Shown: positions 15,449-22,074 of the stretch, in pieces
How positions within the stretch are numbered: the stretch's first letter is position 1
Layout: the number at the start of each line of letters is the position of its first letter
NCBI GenBank assembly: GCA_963692915.1
Contig: OY843584.1
Span: forward strand, 1,024,001-1,088,000
Reading direction: 5' to 3'
Source of the DNA: Cenarchaeum sp.
GTDB lineage: Archaea; Thermoproteota; Nitrososphaeria; Nitrososphaerales; Nitrosopumilaceae
DNA: 64,000 bases
Position numbers and translations under genes: made by a program
The notes under the pieces: generated by a model
What the model saw: only the letters and a program-made list of their open reading frames with translations
What the model was told of the DNA's origin: nothing
The model's database searches: none

Positions 15449-16546
15449 ATGGCTTCCAAAAAGAGGGCAGTTAGCGCCAAGGAGCGCCAGGACTCGCTCA
15501 TTGCGCTCTTGAGGAGGCAGGGCGAGCTGATATATTCCGAGCTTGACGCAGGCGAGTTTCCAAAGTTCTCGATACCGAGCCGGTCCGTCTCAAACATAAC
15601 GTATGACAAGGCCCTGCGCCAGTATATCCTCGGGGCAGGAGCCGCCGTGCGCAGCTCGCGCAACACGTCACAGCTGCGATCCTTCACGCAGCTCATGTGG
15701 CTTGCGTTCTTTGCAAACCGCCTCACGCAGGAGAAAAAGTCCTCGACTCTTCGTGATGTCTACTATTCGTCACAGGCCTTTGAGATCGACTTTGACAACC
15801 AGTCCGAGTCTGACAATATCATCGTCGACCTTGAGGCCATGCTCTCTCGCGCGCGCGAAGAGTTTCACATATTTCCCGAGGAGCGCAGCGCCGTCTTTGG
15901 CGACCTCGACATAGAGTATACTGTTCCCGGATACGAGGGCAAGAGGATGAACCTCTCAAACCATCCTGACGGGTATGCAGTCGGACCTAGCCTGACTACT
16001 GCCGAGCTAGTCGAGACTAGCGCCGAGCTCGTCATTGCCATAGAAAAGGGCGGACTCTTTACGAGGTTTGTCGAGGAGAAGGTCCACTCGCGCTTCAAGT
16101 CCATAATCGTCGACACTGGCGGGCAGGCCCCGCGCTCGACTCGCACGCTATTGCGCAGGCTCCATGAGGAGCTCGGCCTGCCTGTCATAATACTCACTGA
16201 TGGTGACGTTTATGGCGAGCACATTGCGATGGTCATAAAGTCCGGCTCGGCCAACGCCGCGCACCTGCGCGAGCTCACGGTTCCGGACGCAAAGTGGATG
16301 GGAGTCTGGGCCACTGACATTGAAAAGCACAAGCTTCCCACGATACCGATGACAGAGGCCGACATAAAGCGCTGCCACGACCTACGGCGCGATCCGCGCT
16401 ACCAAAAGGGCATATGGAAGCGCGAGCTGGAAGAGTTTCTGAGGATAAAGCGCAAGGCCGAGCTAGAGGCGTTCTCAAAGTACGGCCTGACGAACATTAC
16501 TGACAAGTACCTGCCGGCAAAGATCGAGGAGTCAAGAAGCCTCTGA
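15449..16546 (+). CDS. top6A: DNA topoisomerase VI subunit A
   Basis: 365 aa. STLRDVYY (catalytic Tyr region), TOPRIM IAIEKGG, DTGGQAPRSTR, LTDGDVYGEHI and KAELEAF. Confidence 0.96.
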   Translation: MASKKRAVSAKERQDSLIALLRRQGELIYSELDAGEFPKFSIPSRSVSNITYDKALRQYILGAGAAVRSSRNTSQLRSFTQLMWLAFFANRLTQEKKSSTLRDVYYSSQAFEIDFDNQSESDNIIVDLEAMLSRAREEFHIFPEERSAVFGDLDIEYTVPGYEGKRMNLSNHPDGYAVGPSLTTAELVETSAELVIAIEKGGLFTRFVEEKVHSRFKSIIVDTGGQAPRSTRTLLRRLHEELGLPVIILTDGDVYGEHIAMVIKSGSANAAHLRELTVPDAKWMGVWATDIEKHKLPTIPMTEADIKRCHDLRRDPRYQKGIWKRELEEFLRIKRKAELEAFSKYGLTNITDKYLPAKIEESRSL

Positions 16547-17005
16547 GGGCCCTATGCGCAGCGTCAGGACGCCGTTGCGGTACTTGAAGTCGTTAATCTC
16601 CATCCCGTCCGAGCCGTCTATCGGGACCTCCTTTGAAAATCCCCCGCTGCCGCGTATGTGGAGCGTCGCGCCGACTAGCCTGACTTCGATCCTAGAGTCC
16701 GGTCCGGGCACCTCGGCGACAAAGATGAACTTTTGTCCGTCCTTTATCAGGTCATAGACCCAGTTCTTTGTCTCGTGCTCCCTGCCTGCTGCAAACGTCG
16801 GCTTTTTGTCCTTTGCTATCCCCTTGAGGTGGTGGACCCAGTAGACCATCGTGATCGATGCAGCACCAATGAGGATAAAGCTCGCAAAGCTTGCGCCAAA
16901 CCTCTGCGAGAGCACATAGATGATCCCGACCATGAGGACGACTAGGACCGCGATGGCAAAGCCCATCGACTGCTCATTAGAGTAGGTGCCCTTGTAGCTT
17001 GACAA
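16532..17005 (-). CDS. Membrane-anchored Hsp20/alpha-crystallin domain protein
   Basis: Two N-terminal TM helices, then WVYDLI...FVAEVPG...YRNGVLTLRI. Start assigned to TTG 17005 because a TTTATATT box lies about 25 nt upstream; the ORF track gives 17056. Confidence 0.85.
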   Translation of the reverse strand: MSSYKGTYSNEQSMGFAIAVLVVLMVGIIYVLSQRFGASFASFILIGAASITMVYWVHHLKGIAKDKKPTFAAGREHETKNWVYDLIKDGQKFIFVAEVPGPDSRIEVRLVGATLHIRGSGGFSKEVPIDGSDGMEINDFKYRNGVLTLRIGPSEAS

Positions 17006-17108
17006 CGCGTGCGCGTGGTCGCGCCCAACAATATAAAGCGTTGCCGAGGCGGCCATGCGCCGGCCCTGTTGGGGGGTCTTGGCGCCGATCCGGGCTCGGC
17101 TGATGTGC

Positions 17109-17354
17109 CTAGACGGACACCAAGTATGCGGAGTTGAGCCGCGCCCGAGCCTTGTCGTACCGCCTCTTGTATGCCTCGTGGCCTGCCTCTAGGCGCTCCA
17201 TGTACTCCTCGTGCCGCTCCGTGCATGCGTCGCGCTCGGCTTGGATCCACTCCACGCGGGCGTCATGCGCGGCGCTGATTCTATCCCGTGTGGCAAAGTG
17301 CTCATCAAGGCTCTGCTCCTCACGCCTTGCGCCCTCGGTGTCGAGGCGCGCCAT
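17109..17354 (-). CDS. Small charged helical hypothetical protein
   Basis: 81 aa ATG-TAG ORF filling the gap between the Hsp20 and coiled-coil genes in the same orientation. No recognisable motif. Confidence 0.4.
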   Translation of the reverse strand: MARLDTEGARREEQSLDEHFATRDRISAAHDARVEWIQAERDACTERHEEYMERLEAGHEAYKRRYDKARARLNSAYLVSV

Positions 17355-17468
17355 GTAGGCAGGATGCGCCCATTTGGCCAGATGGGCAGTGTGGACGTGC
17401 TGATATCATGCACGCCTAGGCACGAGATCGGCGCCTAGCGCCCACATGGGCCCATACCGAGGCGCACC

Positions 17469-18215
17469 CTAGTCCTTGTCGTCAGGCTCCGGCATGGCCG
17501 GTTGTGGCACGACCTGCCTGTACGTGGGGCGCATGAACGCGGGATTGAGAAACCCGTGCAGCTCGTCAAAGCGGCCGTCGAGGCGCGCCATGCCTTTGCT
17601 GATCTTCCCCATTCCTTCGTGGACCTTGTCCATCTCATCCTTGCGCTCCTTGCGGTCGGCCTCGCGCTGCTCATCACGCTCCTTGCGGTCGGCCTCGCGC
17701 TGCTCAGCGCGCTCCTTGCGGTCGGCCATGCGCTGCTCATCACGCTCCTTGCGGTCGTCCATGCGTTGCTCAGCGCGCTCCTTGATGTCGTCCACGCGCT
17801 GCTTGTTGCGGCCGGCGATCTCGCCGTCGAGGCGGTCGCACAGCTTGTCGACGCGTTCGCACACCCTGTTGATGGAATCCTTGAGCTCCTTGCGGTCGGC
17901 CTCGCGCGCCTTTTCGTAGCGGTCCAGGTCGGCCTTGCGCGCCTCCTCGTAGTGCTTTAGCTGGCTCTCGCGCGCCCTTTCCTGGCGGTCCAGGTCGTCC
18001 TTGCGCTCCTTTTTGTCGTCCTTGCGAGCCTCCTCGTATTGCTTTAGCTGGCTCTCGCGCGCCCTTTCCTGGCTGTCCAGGTCGGCCTTGCGCTCCTTTC
18101 TGCCCTCACGGGCGCTCTTTTTGGCCTCATAGACGATGTACACGACGATTCCGACGATCGAGGCGAGCACGGGGACGAGGACCGTGAGCGTCTCGGCGAG
18201 TGTCTCGTGGATCAC
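17469..18215 (-). CDS. N-terminally membrane-anchored coiled-coil repeat protein (paralog of 5509-6159)
   Basis: 248 aa. TM LTVLVPVLASIVGIVVYIVY, a duplicated RK.DLD.QERARESQLK.YEEARK unit, 11-aa repeats (ER(A/D)EQR(M/E)(D/A)DRK) and C-terminal MARLDGRFDE. Confidence 0.85.
   Translation of the reverse strand: MIHETLAETLTVLVPVLASIVGIVVYIVYEAKKSAREGRKERKADLDSQERARESQLKQYEEARKDDKKERKDDLDRQERARESQLKHYEEARKADLDRYEKAREADRKELKDSINRVCERVDKLCDRLDGEIAGRNKQRVDDIKERAEQRMDDRKERDEQRMADRKERAEQREADRKERDEQREADRKERKDEMDKVHEGMGKISKGMARLDGRFDELHGFLNPAFMRPTYRQVVPQPAMPEPDDKD
17640..17785 (-). repeat. Intragenic 33-bp tandem repeats (x~4)
   Basis: CGCTCCTTGCGGTCGGCC...CGCTGCTC units encoding ERxEQRxxDRK. Confidence 0.85.
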
Positions 18216-18229
18216 ACCACCCCCTGAGT

Positions 18230-18243
18230 AATTTTCAATTTAA
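18230..18243 (-). promoter_or_regulatory. TATA-containing promoter element TTAAATTGAAAATT (copy 2)
   Basis: The plus strand reads AATTTTCAATTTAA. It ends 14 nt before GTG 18215, the same spacing as copy 1. Confidence 0.7.
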
Positions 18244-18356
18244 GCATATTCGCCGAGTCGCCCGAGGCGCCAGGCGGCGCCAGAATGCCTGATATCGGCG
18301 TCCTGTGGGGCCATGGGTGGCGGATCTGCGCATAAAATGACCGGATATGGGCGTGT

Positions 18357-18491
18357 GGGCGGCGGATCTGCGCGCTAGCCGTCCGTGTTCTCGTCGTCGT
18401 CCTCGGGGAGCATCTCGGGATAGAGCTCTAGCATGGCTAGCTCGGCGAGGTTTATCTCACTCGCAATCCTCTCCTGCAGGCGCTCAAGGTA
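18357..18491 (-). repeat. Direct repeat copy A: orphan duplicate of the giant gene's 3' end (att-like)
   Basis: 131/135 identical to 21940-22074. Encodes YLERLQERIASEINLAELAMLELYPEMLPEDDDENTDG* (stop at 18375-18377) plus 18 nt of downstream sequence. Confidence 0.95.
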
Positions 18492-18562
18492 TGGAGGGAG
18501 CCGACCCCGGTGGAGTTCATGGCCTGGATCAGCTGAGGCGGCTCGTGCGTGCGCCCCCGGAG

Positions 18563-18599
18563 GCCGCCCCCATGGCTGACCGTGAGGGTCGGCACATGA
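18563..18599 (+). repeat. Left inverted repeat (37 bp perfect; about 60 bp imperfect)
   Basis: GCCGCCCCCATGGCTGACCGTGAGGGTCGGCACATGA is the exact reverse complement of 21897-21933. Imperfect pairing extends over about 18552-18611 versus 21885-21944. Confidence 0.95.
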
Positions 18600-18627
18600 T
18601 CATGTACTGTGCACCACGTCACACATT

Positions 18628-19866
18628 TTATGACCCATGTTTGTGCAGTGCACGATTATACTTGATCATGGTATTCTGATTGGCAGTGTCATATAGCACA
18701 TCAGTCTTGTTGACAAGAGCTATCCGGTTACCGGCAGGGTCCGTCAATAGCAATCTTCCCTCGTCAAAGTCTAGAATCACACTCTTTTCATAGTGTTTTG
18801 TAATTGTGGCATGATGTAATGCGTTAATGTACAGCATATTTTTCCAGTTATCAAGTAGTTTAAAATGTTGTTTTGATTCTGCAGTTGCAAGAGGAATTAT
18901 ATGATGCATTTCAAAATCAGAGTTTTTTTTTAATTTATGTTTAGCAAAATATATGGATTTTTGGCTGTTTGACCTAGATAGTCGTATGCCCAGGGGTGAG
19001 TTCTGTGGATCTGCCAACTTTAATGTTGTGTTGTCCGCATGAAAATACACAGTTTGATTCAACAAATGAAAAACTTGGCTTGCCTCATTACGCCAGTTTC
19101 CATAATCTCGTTGTTCATTTTTAGGATATTTCTTGTTGGGTTGCAAGTCACCCACAATAGTGTCACGAACTAATCGCATTCTATTTTTGCCCAACTTTCT
19201 GTAAGATCTGATCAAATGTGCTGCACTACTAACACCTATTGAAAATGTGGTGTCAATGTCAATGGCCGATACAAAAAATTGATATTCATCCAAGCGAATA
19301 GTTTTTAGGCCTGTGTCTTCATAGCGAAGCAGTTCAAGTATAATTTCAATTCTGCCATCAAATAGATTGTTTAGCCCTTTAGTGTACAGAAAATGGCTTT
19401 GGCTCAAGTTAAACGAAATTAGCTTTGTCCCTAGTGCTGATAAAGACACAAATTTTGTGGAATACCGCTTGTGAGAAGGAATAGGCTTTTTGTGCTTATC
19501 ATATCTATTGATAAAATTCATTCGATGCAGATCAGGAAAGAAATTTTTTCTTATTGAGTCCTGCGTTCCTCTTTGTATTTGAGCAAATAGATCATCACAA
19601 AAATTGGAATAGGTTTTTTCGCCAAGGAGGATTTTTGGTCGTTTAGAAATATCAGTAGTCCTTATCTGCATAAGTGTGTTATTGGGAGCATGTTTGTCAA
19701 GAAGTCGCAAGAGTAGCATTACATCATCATAGTCAAATCGATTATGTTGTGATGTGTGCTTTCCACGATATTGCAGATTGTTGATTCTTTGATTTATGAA
19801 CTGCAGTCCCTCATTTTCTGGAGATATGTTAAGGAATTTGTTAGTCCAGCTCAACTGACAACACAC
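18628..19866 (-). CDS. MboII-like type IIS restriction endonuclease (HNH)
   Basis: 412 aa (start uncertain). YRG.H.SQHNR, HAPN..LMQIRTTDISKRP, GTQD..RKN and RDY.NW.NE match R.MboII as I recall it. C-terminal HHIIPL...LDNWKNMLYINALHH is the HNH motif. Confidence 0.88.
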   Translation of the reverse strand: MCCQLSWTNKFLNISPENEGLQFINQRINNLQYRGKHTSQHNRFDYDDVMLLLRLLDKHAPNNTLMQIRTTDISKRPKILLGEKTYSNFCDDLFAQIQRGTQDSIRKNFFPDLHRMNFINRYDKHKKPIPSHKRYSTKFVSLSALGTKLISFNLSQSHFLYTKGLNNLFDGRIEIILELLRYEDTGLKTIRLDEYQFFVSAIDIDTTFSIGVSSAAHLIRSYRKLGKNRMRLVRDTIVGDLQPNKKYPKNEQRDYGNWRNEASQVFHLLNQTVYFHADNTTLKLADPQNSPLGIRLSRSNSQKSIYFAKHKLKKNSDFEMHHIIPLATAESKQHFKLLDNWKNMLYINALHHATITKHYEKSVILDFDEGRLLLTDPAGNRIALVNKTDVLYDTANQNTMIKYNRALHKHGS

Positions 19867-20632
19867 CTGTTTTAATACGTTGTTTTGCTCCTATAGTATA
19901 TTTGGGATTATTGTCACATCCAACAAAATTGCGTCCCAAATTTTTACAAACTAGTGGGACTGTCCCACTTCCTAAGAAGCAATCCAGAACAAGATCACCC
20001 TTGTTGCTGCTTGCTTTGACAATCCTCGTGATCATGCTTTGGGGTTTAATTGATTCATGGGTAAGCTTTTTTATTTTGCCGTTCACTTTATTGACATGTC
20101 GTTCGCTAGGAAAATGCCATATTTCTCCGCAAAGCTTGCCATCAGGGTTAGGGTACCAACGTTTGCCATTTTTAATAATGCCTTTTTTCTTTGCATGGTT
20201 AATTCGGTCAGTCGACGCGTATGGGATCCTAATATCATCATAGTTGAATGTGTGCTTGTTGCCTTTGGTAAAAAATAGTATGGTTTCTTGCCCGTTGACA
20301 AATTTTTTGGTCGCGTATCCAAATCCATCTCTTTTATCCCACGATAGCCAATTTTGAAATATCATGTTTTTTGCAACAAGATGTTGTAATATGTAGGCAG
20401 AATTGAAAGCGGTGTTGAACACATAAAGACTAGCAGTTGTTTTTAGTTTTGGGATTAGTTTGTCGATCCACCCGAACGTGAATTCCATAAAATGCTCATG
20501 AGAATCAAAGGTGTCCCAATCTGAAATTTTCAAGTTGTACGGAGGATCAATTATTGCCAAGTCTACAGTGTTGTTTTTTATTTTCTTGTCCAAAAAATCA
20601 AAACAGCTCATCGTATGCAGCTTTATGCTCAT
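19841..20632 (-). CDS. Beta-class N6-adenine DNA methyltransferase, M1.MboII-like
   Basis: 263 aa. IDPPYNL precedes LVLDCFLGSGT (beta order). FQNW..WDKRDG, GQETILFF and KGI.KNGKRW.PNP.G.LCGE.WHF closely resemble M1.MboII from memory. Confidence 0.93.
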   Translation of the reverse strand: MSIKLHTMSCFDFLDKKIKNNTVDLAIIDPPYNLKISDWDTFDSHEHFMEFTFGWIDKLIPKLKTTASLYVFNTAFNSAYILQHLVAKNMIFQNWLSWDKRDGFGYATKKFVNGQETILFFTKGNKHTFNYDDIRIPYASTDRINHAKKKGIIKNGKRWYPNPDGKLCGEIWHFPSERHVNKVNGKIKKLTHESIKPQSMITRIVKASSNKGDLVLDCFLGSGTVPLVCKNLGRNFVGCDNNPKYTIGAKQRIKTGVLSVELD

Positions 20633-21532
20633 TCAGTCCATCTCCTGAAGTTTTTTGGTAATACATGGTTTGTATGATTTGATTATTTCATATCCAACAT
20701 ATTTACGCTTTAGCTTTTTAGCAATTTTGAGGGTTGTGCCAGAGCCGGCGAATGGGTCAAGAACCACGTCACCCTCATATGTAAACAGACGAATGCAACG
20801 GTACGCTATCTCTTCAGGCATTAATGCTGAATGCAGTCCATAGGCACTATCACGTTTGTTTGGTACCGGTATGTCCCACACCTGCTTTGTAAATTCAACC
20901 CATTCTTTTTGTGATAATTTGCTGTGCGCTTTTCTAGTTTTGGCAATGCTGTTCTGAGATGGGCCATCTTTGACGTATACGGCCACAAATTCCACCGTGT
21001 TTTGCGCATAGAAATTTCTCGGATACGGATAGCTCCCAAACATCAGCTTTTTGGAAGGGTTAGTCCTATTCCATATATAGACATCAAGAAGATAGAGTTC
21101 AGTGTGTTTCAGTATTGAGTTCTGTATGGACGCATTAATGTCAAAAATATGCCTGTTAAAATGCGTGTTTAGATCTTTCTTTAGCATGGGCATCAACGGG
21201 ACATTTATGATCAGTTTGCCGTTGGAAGTTAGTATGCGTTGACATTCCTTCCATACCTGCAACAATTCATTGATGTATGTGTCAAAGTGTCGTATGTCAC
21301 CAATCTGGGGAACGTCAGTTTTTGAGTGCCGTTTATTCTGATGGCCGTCAAGGGAGTAATCCTTTATGAAAAAATATGGTGGGCTTGTTATGACGCAGTG
21401 GACAGAGCCATCAGGCAACTCTCCCATGCGGCGCGAATCCTTATAGTGTACTGTGTTGACATAGGCAGGGTGGCGCACGACTCGCCTCTTGGCAGTGAGC
21501 GCCTTGTTGGCTACCGGTCTAGATCTAGCCAC
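20633..21532 (-). CDS. Beta-class DNA methyltransferase with SPPY motif (probable N4-cytosine, second-strand MTase)
   Basis: 299 aa. ITSPPYF...HSALMPEE...VVLDPFAGSGTT...YVGYEI. Abuts the m6A MTase gene. Two MTases are expected for an asymmetric type IIS site. Confidence 0.92.
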   Translation of the reverse strand: MARSRPVANKALTAKRRVVRHPAYVNTVHYKDSRRMGELPDGSVHCVITSPPYFFIKDYSLDGHQNKRHSKTDVPQIGDIRHFDTYINELLQVWKECQRILTSNGKLIINVPLMPMLKKDLNTHFNRHIFDINASIQNSILKHTELYLLDVYIWNRTNPSKKLMFGSYPYPRNFYAQNTVEFVAVYVKDGPSQNSIAKTRKAHSKLSQKEWVEFTKQVWDIPVPNKRDSAYGLHSALMPEEIAYRCIRLFTYEGDVVLDPFAGSGTTLKIAKKLKRKYVGYEIIKSYKPCITKKLQEMD

Positions 21533-21767
21533 CCAAAATCACGCTCCCAGCCTCAAGAATGCTCCTGCTTACGGCACGGTCGTAGGGATGCCCTGTGGGC
21601 GGGCTTTGGCCCGCCGGCGCGTACTCCTCCCCGGAGGCGGCTGCGAGAGTCCGTGAGCCCATCATCGAGCCCATTGCGCCCATGTCGATGTGCACCACAT
21701 CCCAAAGTGCTCCCGCAAACTCCCCGCCGCCGTGAACAGGCCCCATCCTCGCCATAGCCGCCCTCAT
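21525..21767 (-). CDS. Short GC-rich leader ORF or gene remnant at the head of the R-M operon
   Basis: 80 aa. AATATAT TATA-like box about 24-31 nt upstream of ATG 21767, and the stop overlaps the MTase start by 8 nt. No recognisable family. Confidence 0.35.
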   Translation of the reverse strand: MRAAMARMGPVHGGGEFAGALWDVVHIDMGAMGSMMGSRTLAAASGEEYAPAGQSPPTGHPYDRAVSRSILEAGSVILGG

Positions 21768-21896
21768 GACATGCGTGGCACCACATGGGCGATATATTGA
21801 TTGTCTCCCTTTCCGTCATGCTCACCCCACGTTGACGTGGGAGGCAGTCAGCGCAGGCGCAGGCACATGATCATGCACTGCCGTCACAGCATATGG

Positions 21897-21933
21897 TCAT
21901 GTGCCGACCCTCACGGTCAGCCATGGGGGCGGC
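21897..21933 (-). repeat. Right inverted repeat
   Basis: TCATGTGCCGACCCTCACGGTCAGCCATGGGGGCGGC is the reverse complement of 18563-18599. Confidence 0.95.
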
Positions 21934-21939
21934 TTTCTG

Positions 21940-22074
21940 GGGCGGCGGATCTGCGCGCTAGCCGTCCGTGCCCTCGTCGTCGTCCTCGGGGAGCATCTCG
22001 GGATAGAGCTCTAGCATGGCCAGCTCGGCGAGGTTTATCTCATTCGCAATCCTCTCCTGCAGGCGCTCAAGGTA
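21940..22074 (-). repeat. Direct repeat copy B (live 3' end of the giant gene)
   Basis: Matches 18357-18491 with 4 mismatches. Confidence 0.95.

Larger units (their letters stand above)
18357..22074. mobile_element. Non-autonomous genomic islet carrying a type IIS R-M system, located at the 3' end of the giant gene
   Basis: Bounded by 135-bp direct repeats with inner inverted repeats. The core (about 18620-21400) is strongly AT-rich compared with the GC-rich flanks. No integrase or transposase inside. Confidence 0.7.

Noticed and set aside
15449-16546. Stand-alone Spo11-like or defence nuclease
   Set aside because: It is a full-length, canonical archaeal TopoVI-A sequence with host-like codon usage. 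A housekeeping role is more parsimonious.
18357-18491. Duplicate of a gene 3' end as a DGR template/variable repeat pair
   Set aside because: There are only 4 mismatches, no reverse transcriptase in the window, and the tail is not a C-type lectin-like variable region. An att-like duplication is the simpler reading. On the coding strand the differences are A/G transitions, so it is worth rechecking if an RT is found elsewhere.
21553-21825. 90-aa ORF containing CHACH (CxxCH heme-c motif)
   Set aside because: It has no signal peptide, it overlaps the alternative ORF that has a properly spaced TATA box, and c-type cytochromes are not characteristic of this lineage. Probably chance.
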